Shown: positions 9,648 to 20,045, numbered from the stretch's first letter. The stretch: DNA of 64,000 bases from Methanobacteriota archaeon (GCA_020696385.1 JAEHCQ010000001.1:193003-257002), one strand, 5' to 3'. The notes: a model not told the origin generated them from the sequence alone. Translations and numbers: made by a program.

Positions 9648-11146
9648 TCAAGAAAGTCCTTATAGCCAATAGAGGCGAGATCGCGGTTCGCGTGATCAAC
9701 GCTTGCCAGGAGATGGGTATCCAGACAGTCGCGATATACTCGGATGTGGATGAGGGGGCTTTGCATGTACATAATGCTGATGAGGCATATCCTCTGGGTG
9801 ATCCAACTCCTTCAGAGAGCTATCTGAATATCCCGAAGATACTGGACATCGCTGCAAAGAGCGGCGCGGATGCGATCCATCCAGGTTATGGTTTTCTTTC
9901 AGAAAGAGAAGAATTCGCAGAGGCTTGCGTGAAAGCTGGATTCATATTCATAGGTCCCAGTGCGGAGGTCATTCATGGAATGGGTGACAAGATCGAGGCA
10001 AAGCGCACCATGGCCAATGCCGGAGTGCCAGTTATTCCAGGATTCACAGGAGGCGATGAAGATGGTGATGATACCCTTGAGCAGGCATGCCAGCGTATCG
10101 GTTTCCCTGTTCTTATCAAGGCAACCGCAGGTGGTGGCGGCAAGGGAATGAAGGTCGTTGAAACGATGGAAGACCTGAACAGTGCTGTTGATTCCGCCAG
10201 AAGGGAAGCCATGTCATCCTTCGGCAATGATCAATTACTGCTCGAAAAATACCTGGAGAAGCCCAGGCATATCGAGTTCCAGATACTGGCTGATAATCAT
10301 GGAAAGATCCTGCATCTATTCGAGAGAGAATGCTCCATCCAGCGCAGACACCAGAAGGTCATAGAGGAATCACCTTCTGTCGTGATCGATGATGATCTCA
10401 GGAGCAGGATGGGCGATGCCGCGATACTGGCTGCCAAGACCATCGGATACACTAATGCTGGCACAGTGGAGTTCATGGTGGATAAAAATAAGGATTTCTA
10501 TTTCCTAGAAATGAATACAAGGCTTCAGGTGGAACATGCGATCACGGAGATGACAACTGGCATCGATATCGTGAAATGGCAGCTGCGAATTGCTTCTGAT
10601 GAACCACTGACATTGGAGCAGGATGAAATAGGGCAGAGAGGGCATTCCATAGAGTGTCGTATCTATGCCGAGGACCCGGAGCAGGGATTCATGCCATCCA
10701 CCGGGAAGCTGAGAACGGTGGATGTTCCACATGGCATCAATATCAGACATGATACTGGGGTGAAGGAGGGAGTGGAGATCACTCCTTACTATGATCCTAT
10801 GTTGGCCAAGCTCATCGTGCGTGGTGAAAAGCGCGAGGATGCCATAAACAAGATGAAATGGGCATTGTCCAATTACATCACACTGGGTGTTACGACCAAT
10901 GTGCCTTTTCTCAGAGCGATAATTGCTCATGAGGCCTTCGCCAGCGGAGACATAGACACCCATTTCATTGACACGTATTTCAAGGACTGGATACAAGCGG
11001 CGGAGCTTCCATTGGAGGTACTGATCGCCGCTGCGCTGGATGATGTCAAACAGAGCGGCCTATCAAAGGATGATGATCAAAGGGACGAGGCGCATGATGC
11101 GCATTCCCCATGGAAGAGTGCGGGGCCCTGGAGGATAGATAGTTGA
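9644..11146 (+). CDS. accC: Biotin carboxylase subunit of an acyl-CoA carboxylase (AccC-like; no fused BCCP domain)
   Basis: ATP-grasp biotin carboxylase motifs (MIKKVLIANRGEIAVRVI, GGGGKGM, EMNTRLQVEH). The start was moved to the ATG at 9644, which has an AGGAGAG RBS and forms an ATGA overlap with the upstream stop. The track's 9626 start lacks an RBS. Confidence 0.9.
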   Translation: MIKKVLIANRGEIAVRVINACQEMGIQTVAIYSDVDEGALHVHNADEAYPLGDPTPSESYLNIPKILDIAAKSGADAIHPGYGFLSEREEFAEACVKAGFIFIGPSAEVIHGMGDKIEAKRTMANAGVPVIPGFTGGDEDGDDTLEQACQRIGFPVLIKATAGGGGKGMKVVETMEDLNSAVDSARREAMSSFGNDQLLLEKYLEKPRHIEFQILADNHGKILHLFERECSIQRRHQKVIEESPSVVIDDDLRSRMGDAAILAAKTIGYTNAGTVEFMVDKNKDFYFLEMNTRLQVEHAITEMTTGIDIVKWQLRIASDEPLTLEQDEIGQRGHSIECRIYAEDPEQGFMPSTGKLRTVDVPHGINIRHDTGVKEGVEITPYYDPMLAKLIVRGEKREDAINKMKWALSNYITLGVTTNVPFLRAIIAHEAFASGDIDTHFIDTYFKDWIQAAELPLEVLIAAALDDVKQSGLSKDDDQRDEAHDAHSPWKSAGPWRIDS

Positions 11147-11158
11147 GGTGGTGATATA

Positions 11159-11674
11159 ATGGAATTTCAATATGAATATGCAGGGAAATCATATCCAGTT
11201 AAAATGAAGCGAGACGGCGATCATTTTACCGCCACCATCGGTGATAAGGAGTATGAGGTATCCTCCAAGGAGATCAAGCCAGGCTTTTTCATTATCAATA
11301 TAGATGGAAAGCCTGTTAAGGTATCCATCGCATCAGAAGGGAGCCAACGCCACATATTCCATGCGGGGGCGGTTTACAGATTCACCAAGCTGGAAGGCCG
11401 CAAGCGAGGCGGAGATCAAGATGGCGAAATATCACCCGAGATAACATCGCCAATCTCTGGTAAGCTTGTGAAAGTGGACTCGACGGATGGAGAGGAGGTC
11501 GAAGCAGGCCAGAGCCTGATGACCATCGAGGCCATGAAGATGGAATATCAGATCAAAGCCCCATACGGTGGGAAGGTGGAGAAAGTCAATTTCAAGGAGG
11601 GCGATCAAGTGGATATTGGCGTCGTTCTCATAATCATGGAAAAGAAAGAGGAAGAAGAGGTCAAGGAAGAGTGA
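11159..11674 (+). CDS. accB: Biotin carboxyl carrier protein (biotinyl/lipoyl domain)
   Basis: C-terminal biotinyl domain with the EAMKMEY attachment-lysine motif, a glycine-rich hinge and an E/K-rich tail. Confidence 0.85.
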   Translation: MEFQYEYAGKSYPVKMKRDGDHFTATIGDKEYEVSSKEIKPGFFIINIDGKPVKVSIASEGSQRHIFHAGAVYRFTKLEGRKRGGDQDGEISPEITSPISGKLVKVDSTDGEEVEAGQSLMTIEAMKMEYQIKAPYGGKVEKVNFKEGDQVDIGVVLIIMEKKEEEEVKEE

Positions 11675-11736
11675 TTTGAATGAGAGAACTAAGTGATCTC
11701 ATTCAAAATCACGTAATATTAATGGAGTGATTCAAG

Positions 11737-13344
11737 ATGGATGCGATAGAGAGCCAGATAGATGTTAATAGCGAGGATTTCAAGGAGAATAAAGAGCATT
11801 ATCTTCTCATGGTGGCTGACCTTAAAGAGAAGGTGGCATGGGCCAAGGCCGGAGGCGGAGATAAGGTCATAGCCCTTCACAAGGAAAGAGGGAAGATGCT
11901 GGCCAGGGAGAGAATAGACGCCCTGGTGGACTCGGATACTCCTTTCCTGGAACTGAACCCGCTCGCGGGATTAGGGATGTATGATAATAAAGCCCCAGGC
12001 GCTGGCATAGTGACTGGCATTGGAGCTGTACACGGCAATGAGGTAATGATAATAGCCAATGATGCCACCGTGAAAGGCGGCACTTACTTCCCGATGACCG
12101 TGAAGAAACACATTCGTGCCCAGGATATCGCGATGGAGAATAATCTTCCATGTATCTACCTGGTTGATTCTGGCGGGGCTTTCCTTCCAATGCAGGACGA
12201 GGTGTTCCCGGATAGAGAACATTTCGGAAGGATATTCTACAATCAGGCCCAGATGTCATCCAGGATGATACCACAGATAGCACTTGTTATGGGTTCATGC
12301 ACCGCGGGTGGGGCATACGTGCCCGCGATGTCAGATGAAACGGTTATCGTCAAGGGAACTGGCACCATCTTTTTGGGAGGACCACCTCTTGTCAAGGCCG
12401 CGACTGGAGAAGTCGTGAGCGCGGAGGATCTCGGAGGTGCTGACGTGCACTGCCGCCAGTCCGGAGTTTCAGATCATTATGCCACCAGCGACGAGGAGGC
12501 ACTTTCCATCGGTCGGAACATCATCGAGAACCTCAATCGGCCAAAAAAGACGTATATGAAGATCAAGAAACCTGAAGACCCCCTATATCCGATAGATGAG
12601 ATATACGGCATAATATCAAAGGACTCGCGGAAGCCTTTCGAGGTCCGCGAGATAATAGCCAGACTGGTCGATGGCAGTAAGTTCCACGAGTTCAAAGAAT
12701 TGTACGGAACAACCCTTGTCACGGGCTTCGCCCACATCATGGGTTATCCTGTTGGAATACTGGCCAATAATGGCGTACTGTTCTCAGAGAGTGCGTTGAA
12801 AGGCACTCACTTCATCGAGCTGTGCTGCCAGCGTAAGATACCACTGGTCTTCCTACAGAACATAACTGGCTTCATGATAGGCAGGGAATACGAGGCAAAG
12901 GGAATAGCAAAGGACGGTGCCAAAATGGTGGCAGCGGTCTCCAATGCCCAGGTTCCGAAATTCACAGTTCTGATCGGTGGGTCTTTCGGTGCTGGCAACT
13001 ACGGAATGTGCGGACGCGCTTATGATCCGCGCCAGCTGTGGATGTGGCCCAATGCCCGGATCTCGGTTATGGGCGGAGAGCAAGCTGCCAATGTACTTTC
13101 CACGGTCAAGAAAGATCAATTGTTCAGAAAAGGAGTGGAGATGAGCGACGACGAGGTCGATGAGCTCAAGAAGCCAATTCTGGAGAAGTACGAGATGGAA
13201 GGCAATCCCTACTACTCGAGTGCGAGGATATGGGATGATGGTATCATCGATCCGGTCCAGACGAGGTTGGTACTGGCGCTTGGAATAAGTGCTTCACTGA
13301 ATGCGGATATCCCTGAGGCTCCATTCAGCTTATACAGAATGTAA
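11737..13344 (+). CDS. Acyl-CoA carboxylase carboxyltransferase subunit, closest in character to the methylcrotonyl-CoA carboxylase beta subunit (MCCB/LiuB-like)
   Basis: 535 aa. The N-terminal region ([37 protein letters not shown]...[60 protein letters not shown]) closely follows the MCCB pattern. Confidence 0.85.
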   Translation: MDAIESQIDVNSEDFKENKEHYLLMVADLKEKVAWAKAGGGDKVIALHKERGKMLARERIDALVDSDTPFLELNPLAGLGMYDNKAPGAGIVTGIGAVHGNEVMIIANDATVKGGTYFPMTVKKHIRAQDIAMENNLPCIYLVDSGGAFLPMQDEVFPDREHFGRIFYNQAQMSSRMIPQIALVMGSCTAGGAYVPAMSDETVIVKGTGTIFLGGPPLVKAATGEVVSAEDLGGADVHCRQSGVSDHYATSDEEALSIGRNIIENLNRPKKTYMKIKKPEDPLYPIDEIYGIISKDSRKPFEVREIIARLVDGSKFHEFKELYGTTLVTGFAHIMGYPVGILANNGVLFSESALKGTHFIELCCQRKIPLVFLQNITGFMIGREYEAKGIAKDGAKMVAAVSNAQVPKFTVLIGGSFGAGNYGMCGRAYDPRQLWMWPNARISVMGGEQAANVLSTVKKDQLFRKGVEMSDDEVDELKKPILEKYEMEGNPYYSSARIWDDGIIDPVQTRLVLALGISASLNADIPEAPFSLYRM

Positions 13345-13355
13345 AGAAGGAAAAT

Positions 13356-13397
13356 AAGCCAGCGTCATCTAAAGAACGCTGGCTTTCTTATTATTTT
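13356..13397. terminator. Hairpin plus T-tract between convergent genes (bidirectional terminator candidate)
   Basis: aagccagcg(13356-13364)/cgctggctt(13377-13385) inverted repeat followed by tcttattatttt. It lies between the + gene ending at 13344 and the - gene ending at 13396. Confidence 0.4.
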
Positions 13398-14394
13398 ACA
13401 ATACATCGACTATCTTCTTCAGCGCAGCCAGTCCCTTTTCTTCCGCATCCCTGGCTATCTTGAGATCCTCAATCACCATAGCCCTTCTCTCGGGGTCCTG
13501 GAGCGTGGAAAGCTGGCGAGTGAGAAAAGGATACTGGTCCGATATGCAACTCAGGCTCTCCCTCACATCTGTGTAGTACTTGATGGCCTCATCGAACAAT
13601 TCACCATGCTGGCCAATCTTAGATTTTGCCTCATACAGGAAATCAACAGCGAACCTCCTGCACTCGGACCACACCTCTGCATTGTAGCCAATTCCATGAG
13701 CGTGTCCTTCAGTATATTCGATCGAGCCATCCAAGAATTTTATCCACATGTCATAGGCCTTGAGGCCAGATGCATAGCCAGGATAGACAAAGCCCTCGGG
13801 GTTGGATGCGAAGAATAAGGCTTTCTCAAAAGCTTCTTTCACGACCTTCTCAGGAGACGCTGGCTCACCAGGGTGAACTGCAACGAACTCTATTAGGCCT
13901 ATCTCGTGCTTGTCCATCTCCTGCCACGGCACAGGCCCCTTTCCGTTCGGAGCCAAGCATCCGTTGTAGTAATAGCCGACATCATCATATCCGTTGACAC
14001 AGTAATATTCGGGGATCTCCATCTCCCAGCCATAGACAGGTATGTTGGCATCCAGCTTCCTTTGGGTGAATTCCCAGGCGGCCTTTGCCGCTTCTTTCCA
14101 TTCGGTGCAACCGCCCTCTTCTTCCCTGAATGAAAGAATGCCATCTGTCTTATAACCTAAATTGGGAGCCAGCTCAAAGAGCATGATGGCCTTCCAGGCT
14201 GTCGGGCCACTGGGACACAATTCCTCATGAATATTCATAACAAATGCATGGCCAGTCCCACCAAATATCCAGGGTAGGCTGATGCCCAGATCAAGATAAT
14301 CCGTACATCCCTTGATACATCCGATATGGGTCGTCCACAAACTATGCCACTTGAAACCTTCTAATTCCTTCATCTCTTTCACCAATAACATCAT
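13396..14394 (-). CDS. Hypothetical protein (332 aa), no confident family assignment
   Basis: Long ORF with a convincing coding look and a bounded intergenic context. N-terminal Cys cluster (HIGCIKGCTDY). Function not recognised. Confidence 0.6.
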   Translation of the reverse strand: MMLLVKEMKELEGFKWHSLWTTHIGCIKGCTDYLDLGISLPWIFGGTGHAFVMNIHEELCPSGPTAWKAIMLFELAPNLGYKTDGILSFREEEGGCTEWKEAAKAAWEFTQRKLDANIPVYGWEMEIPEYYCVNGYDDVGYYYNGCLAPNGKGPVPWQEMDKHEIGLIEFVAVHPGEPASPEKVVKEAFEKALFFASNPEGFVYPGYASGLKAYDMWIKFLDGSIEYTEGHAHGIGYNAEVWSECRRFAVDFLYEAKSKIGQHGELFDEAIKYYTDVRESLSCISDQYPFLTRQLSTLQDPERRAMVIEDLKIARDAEEKGLAALKKIVDVL

Positions 14395-14501
14395 TGATTC
14401 GAGAGTATAAATAGTTAAAGAGAAGGGGGGTGAAAGTATTGTGGAATCAATATCTTTTTAGGTATTGATATCATTTCATTGCATTATAGGATCGGTAAAA
14501 T

Positions 14502-14720
14502 ATGGACAAGATACTTACCCGGATGATATGGGCTGGCGCGTGGCTGGTATTCTTTATGATCGCTTTCATCTATTTGATAGCAATTGAAAATTATGAAGCT
14601 GGCACTGTTATTTTCGGAATTCTAATGGTATGCACTATTGGAGAAATTCTATTGTACAAAGAATTCCAAAAGGAAGATGATGAAGAAGAGGTCCTTCTGA
14701 TAGACAGGGGTATGAATTAG
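14502..14720 (+). CDS. Small two-TM membrane protein (hypothetical)
   Basis: 72 aa with two hydrophobic helices and an acidic tail. Sits in an otherwise empty spacer upstream of the DUF255 gene. Confidence 0.35.
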   Translation: MDKILTRMIWAGAWLVFFMIAFIYLIAIENYEAGTVIFGILMVCTIGEILLYKEFQKEDDEEEVLLIDRGMN

Positions 14721-14757
14721 GAGAAACTTAGATTAACCTCAATGTAGATGAAGTATC

Positions 14758-16572
14758 ATGGTTTTTGATATTTCACGGAACGCACTTGATGAAGCTCTTT
14801 CTCCATATTTACGTCAACACTCGGACAATCCAATTAATTGGCAGGAGTGGACTCAGGAAGCCGTTGACCATGCAAAAGCTACCAACAAACCCCTTCTTGT
14901 ATCCGTTGGATATTCAACCTGCCATTGGTGCCATGTGATGGCCAGGGAGGCTTTTTCCGACAAAACTATTGCTGATTTTCTAAATTCGAATTTCGTGCCT
15001 ATCAAGGTTGACAGGGAAGAGAGGCCTGATATTGACTCCACAATGATGAGCTATTGTGTGAAAATTAATGGTTCAGGTGGCTGGCCACTTAATGTATTCC
15101 TTACTCCAAATCTGATACCTATGCACGCAATGACCTATGGTCCTATTGAGCCAAAATATGGAATGCCTGGCTTTTTATATATATTGCATAGGATCAAATC
15201 ACACTACGAACAAAATGATTCTCCAACAAACCCACCGATAATTGAATTTGAGGAACCGAAAAGTACAGAAGAATCATCCATTGCCAGACAATTAAAGGCC
15301 AGCTACGATAAAGAATATGGGGGTTTTGGCCAAGCAAACAAATTCCCATCACACTCATCGAATTTGTTCATGCTCTATTATCTTGAGGTTAATCCAAATC
15401 AAGACCTGGAAAAAATGCTGGTAAAAAATCTGGACACAATGTTTTTATCTGGTTTGCATGACCACATCCAGGGTGGATTTTATAGATACACTGTGGACAG
15501 AAAATGGCAGATCCCACATTTTGAGAAGATGCTCTATGACCAGGCTATGCACTTATGGGTATATTCAATGGCTTATGGTAAATTTAAGAATGAGAATTAC
15601 AAAATGGTGGTTGAAAACCTATATAGAAGCCTGGAAGAAACCTTCTCAATCAATGGGTTGTATTCATCAGCACTGGATGCCGACACAGATCATGAAGAGG
15701 GATTGACCTATGTGATGTCATATTCTGAATTGGAGAATTCCCTGACTACTGATGAAATGGATTTAATGGCTGAAGTATACGAGATTTCAGAGATGGGTAA
15801 TTTTGAAGGAAAAATTCATCTGATCCGAAAAACATCTGAGAAGCTGCCAGGCTTGATTGACCTTAACCAAAAGCTTCTGGACCTTAGGCATAAAAAACCT
15901 CAGCCTTTCAGAGATGAAAAAACACTCGTTTCATGGAATTCCCTTGCTGGCATTGGCCTCATTCACTCTTTTAGATATCTGGGAGATAAAAAGTATCTTA
16001 ATAGGGCACTATTGATACTTGATACAATACTCGATAAGCATTTTTCAGAAGATAAATTATGGAGGAGTTATTATGAAGGAAAAGTTCATGGTGGACAGTA
16101 TCTCCATGACCATGCTTCATTCCTGCTATTTCTAACTTATTTGTATGAAGAATATCAATATCCTAAAGACTCAAATTATTCAAAATTCAGGGGTTTGTTA
16201 GAAAATTCTATTGCATCAATTGAGCAATTCAGGATCGAAAAAAATGATGGATGGCTTGAATCCAATTCAACAGATTTTCATCAAGTTCCAGCTCAGTCTT
16301 TCGACCATCCTATACCATCCTCTGTGTCATTGGCTCGATTTTCGCTGGCCAGAGCTAATGCACTTCTGGACTTGGATTATTTGACTGATACTGAATTTGC
16401 ATCTGCCCATAATTATGATTTTTACAATGTGGCCTCGATGTTTGAGAGAGGATTATTCCATATAATCACAAATCCCAAACAATTAACCTGGAAAGAACTG
16501 CCTATGAATTCAATCCAGAAATTGGGTAAGTCTACAAGTGATTGCTATAAGGGTAGTTGCAGACCCATTTGA
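14758..16572 (+). CDS. Thioredoxin-domain protein of the DUF255/YyaL family (thioredoxin-like N-domain fused to an alpha/alpha-toroid N-acylglucosamine-2-epimerase-like domain)
   Basis: N-terminal NWQEW...KPLLVSVGYSTCHWCHVMAREAF with the CxxC motif. The 604-aa length is typical of this family. Confidence 0.85.
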   Translation: MVFDISRNALDEALSPYLRQHSDNPINWQEWTQEAVDHAKATNKPLLVSVGYSTCHWCHVMAREAFSDKTIADFLNSNFVPIKVDREERPDIDSTMMSYCVKINGSGGWPLNVFLTPNLIPMHAMTYGPIEPKYGMPGFLYILHRIKSHYEQNDSPTNPPIIEFEEPKSTEESSIARQLKASYDKEYGGFGQANKFPSHSSNLFMLYYLEVNPNQDLEKMLVKNLDTMFLSGLHDHIQGGFYRYTVDRKWQIPHFEKMLYDQAMHLWVYSMAYGKFKNENYKMVVENLYRSLEETFSINGLYSSALDADTDHEEGLTYVMSYSELENSLTTDEMDLMAEVYEISEMGNFEGKIHLIRKTSEKLPGLIDLNQKLLDLRHKKPQPFRDEKTLVSWNSLAGIGLIHSFRYLGDKKYLNRALLILDTILDKHFSEDKLWRSYYEGKVHGGQYLHDHASFLLFLTYLYEEYQYPKDSNYSKFRGLLENSIASIEQFRIEKNDGWLESNSTDFHQVPAQSFDHPIPSSVSLARFSLARANALLDLDYLTDTEFASAHNYDFYNVASMFERGLFHIITNPKQLTWKELPMNSIQKLGKSTSDCYKGSCRPI

Positions 16573-16677
16573 TCTCCCTTTTGCTTGTTCATTCATGCTG
16601 GCCTTAATGTTCCGGCAAATATCTGCTATGCAAGCAAAGTCTTAGCAACAAGGCTGAGGATGCCATATTATCACTCA

Positions 16678-17229
16678 TCAACCTTTGGGAAAAGTTATGG
16701 ATATGGTACAAACATCATCGCCCATCAAAATACTGGCCAGCACCTGGACTTCAATATGGTATCCAGTTATCTCTTCCCAGATGCCTTTGTAGAATCCAGC
16801 ACCGCAGTAACAGTAGATGGGGGGTATGGTCTCACCCGCGCTCAGGGCGTCCCTCACCATTGGGCAGTGGCAATACAATTCTCTTCTCTTTTCGGTATCT
16901 GGCTCCGCCATGTATTTCAGTAAATTGCCACTCTTGGGTATCTTTGTGGCAATTATGCGATCACCTTCAAGAATGCCAGCTGTCCCCCAATGATTTGAAA
17001 CTATCTCATCAAACCATTTTGATTCCAGGCCAGGGATCGAGCTTAGGAACTTTTCGAAGCTCTCCTGAAGCATCTGGTGAGGGATCTCGATAGAGCCAGT
17101 TTTCTCGAAAGCTTTTTTCATTGGTCCGAGATCTTCCTTAGGGTACTGGCAAGCCCGACCGATCATGATCTCCTTGATGGCATCCTCATCAAGCTCCTTA
17201 TTTGAGCCAATTATCTCCAGAATGTCCAT
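16678..17229 (-). CDS. Hypothetical Cys-motif protein (CHCPM ... YCYCGAGFYKG)
   Basis: 183-aa ORF. The cysteine pattern suggests a metal/redox site. The overlapping + ORF 16585..16923 is judged spurious. Confidence 0.5.
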   Translation of the reverse strand: MDILEIIGSNKELDEDAIKEIMIGRACQYPKEDLGPMKKAFEKTGSIEIPHQMLQESFEKFLSSIPGLESKWFDEIVSNHWGTAGILEGDRIIATKIPKSGNLLKYMAEPDTEKRRELYCHCPMVRDALSAGETIPPIYCYCGAGFYKGIWEEITGYHIEVQVLASILMGDDVCTISITFPKG

Positions 17230-17263
17230 GGAAAGTGTATTGAGCTGGAAAATATAATGATTT

Positions 17264-17632
17264 CTAACCTCTGTTAATTTTTTTCATCTCATCGACCACT
17301 GGCTCGTCCTTATAGGGATCATAATCAGCCAAATATTCGATCTTCTTCAGATCCTTGGTAATGCTCCATACCACATTCTCATCCAATTGTTCAGATACCT
17401 CAAGGCAAGTGTACAGAAGTGCTATGGTTTGGTCCACTGGCCAATCCTTTCCCTTGCCAATGGACGAGTAAATGAAAGCACATACATCGTACCAAATATC
17501 AATCTGGCCATTGTCTAACAATATTGAGAAAAGGATATCTCGAACATCCTCCCATGGCTTATCCAACTCAAGAATGAGAGGGTTGCCTTGTTCATCATTG
17601 AGCAAAGCAACCACTTTCTGCCTCAGATCCAT
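17264..17632 (-). CDS. Hypothetical protein (122 aa)
   Basis: ORF tightly packed between neighbouring minus-strand genes. No recognised motifs. Confidence 0.4.
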   Translation of the reverse strand: MDLRQKVVALLNDEQGNPLILELDKPWEDVRDILFSILLDNGQIDIWYDVCAFIYSSIGKGKDWPVDQTIALLYTCLEVSEQLDENVVWSITKDLKKIEYLADYDPYKDEPVVDEMKKINRG

Positions 17633-17644
17633 TGGTCCACGAGC

Positions 17645-19333
17645 CTATAGCTTGGATTCCACAACAGCCAGCACTTCCTTCAGCAGAGCATCTCCCTCCG
17701 CTGCCAGATCGTCGCATTTCTTCAGCATATCCACCTTGTAAACCTCATCGGTGACTTCCGGCATATTGATCTTCACATTGAGTATCGCACCGTGCATACC
17801 GGCATTGGCCATTAGAGCTCCGACACCAACATCACTTGCACTGGCCGCCAGGCCCTTTGGTGCTAACTGTTTGGCCAGTCTCAGGACATCCAGGCACTTC
17901 GCAGCCACGCTATATGGCACATCGATAGCTCCCTTGTATGCTTCCAGAATGGCGGCTTTCTTCGCAACCTCTTCCTCCGGAGTGCTGGCCTTGATCTTAT
18001 TGGCCTCGACCACGCCATTGAAAGCGTTCGTGTCCGCATCCACTCCGTTAACGAGGAATGCCTTCAATGATTCGCCAGTTTCTCCTATCTGGCAAATTTC
18101 CGGATAGATCTCCAGGAAATCCTTTCCACCGCTCAAATTGGACACCATTGCCACAAGCCCTGCCCCCAATGCTCCACCAAGAGACGCGACACTGCCGCCA
18201 CCAGGTGCCATGGAATCGGTCTGGACCTCGTCCACGAAGTCAGTGACTGTCATATCCACCAGACCGCATTTCTCGGCCAGGACATAATCGATAACTCTTT
18301 CTTCAAGTGGGAAGGGTGAGATATCTGCCAGACCCATGGAGAAAGCGGCGATCTCAACAAGCTCGCGCTCGGGCAGACCAGTTGGCTTTCCCATCTTCTT
18401 CAGATAATGCTTTCCAGCAGCCACCATCGCGGCCTTTGGAACAAGCCCTACTATTTCCGAGCCAGTGACCTGAAGACCACGGTCGAGAGCGGCCTTGACC
18501 ACGAAGTCATAAACGTCGTGGACCGCTGTCTCTTTGTAATTTGTAAGATTTATGGATATCTGAGCTCTGCCATATTCCGGAATATACCAACCGATGGCCT
18601 TGCAAAACTTGAAAGCACCGGGAATGGTGGTCTTTTTGCCATTCTCGTCCTTGATGATATCGCCATCTCTCTTGTACTTGGTAGGCGACGGAGTTCGGGC
18701 CACCCTGCCCTTTTCTCTGATATCGCTCGCGATATCAAAGGCCAGCTTCTTATCCTTGGTATTAAGATTGATATTGTAGGCGATTAAGAACTCACGCGCG
18801 CTCATGGCTGTGGCTCCGCACTTTGGCTTGAACTCTTTCGGGCCAAAATCAGGTGTGTATTCCGGTGTCTGGAACTTCCTTTCAAGGGCCTCATACTCGC
18901 CCTCACGCACCTTGGCCAGGTTTCTCCATTCCGGCCTGGTCGCACTCTCCTCATACAGGAATATCGGAATGCCCAGTTCGTCTCCAACGCGCTTTCCAAC
19001 TTTCTTGGAAATTTCAACACAATCAGCCATCGTCACTCCACTCACAGGAATGAATGGGCATACGTCTGTCGCGCCCATTCTTGGATGCGCGCCAGTATGC
19101 TGGCTCATGTCAATTAGTTCAGACGCTTTCTTTATGGCCAAGAAAGCGGATTCCTGCACGCTTTCCGGGTTTCCGAAGAAAGTTACCACGGTTCTATTGG
19201 TGTCAGCTCCCATATCGACATCCACGACCTGGCTGCCCTCGACCGAGTTGATCTCAGCTACTATCTGGTCTAAAATTCCTTTGTCTCGCCCCTCACTGAA
19301 GTTCGGTACACATTCCACTATCTTCTGCATCAA
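17645..19333 (-). CDS. ftcD: Glutamate formimidoyltransferase / formimidoyltetrahydrofolate cyclodeaminase (bifunctional FTCD-like)
   Basis: N-terminal formiminotransferase domain signature (ECVPNFSEGR, PRMGATDVCPFIP) and a C-terminal cyclodeaminase-like helical domain. 562 aa. Confidence 0.85.
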   Translation of the reverse strand: MMQKIVECVPNFSEGRDKGILDQIVAEINSVEGSQVVDVDMGADTNRTVVTFFGNPESVQESAFLAIKKASELIDMSQHTGAHPRMGATDVCPFIPVSGVTMADCVEISKKVGKRVGDELGIPIFLYEESATRPEWRNLAKVREGEYEALERKFQTPEYTPDFGPKEFKPKCGATAMSAREFLIAYNINLNTKDKKLAFDIASDIREKGRVARTPSPTKYKRDGDIIKDENGKKTTIPGAFKFCKAIGWYIPEYGRAQISINLTNYKETAVHDVYDFVVKAALDRGLQVTGSEIVGLVPKAAMVAAGKHYLKKMGKPTGLPERELVEIAAFSMGLADISPFPLEERVIDYVLAEKCGLVDMTVTDFVDEVQTDSMAPGGGSVASLGGALGAGLVAMVSNLSGGKDFLEIYPEICQIGETGESLKAFLVNGVDADTNAFNGVVEANKIKASTPEEEVAKKAAILEAYKGAIDVPYSVAAKCLDVLRLAKQLAPKGLAASASDVGVGALMANAGMHGAILNVKINMPEVTDEVYKVDMLKKCDDLAAEGDALLKEVLAVVESKL

Positions 19334-19676
19334 ATCACCTTGAAATCCGGTAATCGAATTATCGATATAAGCCTATCGCGAGATATGAGCTTTAAGGAAT
19401 AATATATAAGAGTAGGCGGTTGCCATGAGCCCATCAATGAATAAGCAACTAAACGCAGAGCAATTATCTCTGCGAGGTTGGGCTAATGGCCTATGAAGAT
19501 GAACTTTCAGGCCAGTGTTTGATTTTATACTAATTTATAGCCTAATAGTTCAGACAAAACTAATATATACACAACCTGTATTGGGCGAATGCTCAGAATG
19601 AGCCGATGAATAATGATCCGCTAACAGCCAGACATTATAAAAGGTCGTGGTTCAAGGTGGTGAATGAGGTGAAATA

Positions 19677-20045
19677 ATGCCAATGTACGTTAGATATGAG
19701 ACACCAAAAGAGCTAGCAGATAAGATATTCCAGTTGGTAGAACTGGCCCGCGACACAGGTAAGGTCAAGAAAGGAAGCAATGAAGTGACCAAGCTTGTAG
19801 AGAAGGGAACCGCCAACTTTGTTGTAATGGCTGAAGACGTAACTCCAGAAGAGATACTGGCTCACATGCCTTTGCTTTGCGCAGAAAAGAACGTGCCATT
19901 CGCATACGTTCCAAGCAAGCAAGAGCTTGGAGTCGCCTGCGGTTTGGAAAAGCCAACAGCATCTGTAGCCATAACAAGTGTAGGAAAAGGAAAGGCACTT
20001 CTCGAGGAAGTGACGAAAGCCGTGGCTGATCTTAACAAGAAATAA
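19677..20045 (+). CDS. rpl7ae: Ribosomal protein L7Ae (also the snoRNP/RNase P K-turn binding protein)
   Basis: Canonical archaeal L7Ae sequence (KELADKIFQLVELARDTGKVKKGSNEVTKLVEKGTANFVVMAEDV...NVPFAYVPSKQELG). Confidence 0.9.
   Translation: MPMYVRYETPKELADKIFQLVELARDTGKVKKGSNEVTKLVEKGTANFVVMAEDVTPEEILAHMPLLCAEKNVPFAYVPSKQELGVACGLEKPTASVAITSVGKGKALLEEVTKAVADLNKK

Noticed and set aside
16585-16923. 112-aa plus-strand ORF overlapping 16678..17229
   Set aside because: It overlaps the 3' half of the more convincing minus-strand Cys-motif ORF and has no RBS or motif support.
19334-19676. C/D-box sRNA or tRNA in the 343-bp FTCD/L7Ae divergent spacer
   Set aside because: Only loose GATGA/TGA matches with no proper C/D/C'/D' arrangement, and no cloverleaf could be folded.
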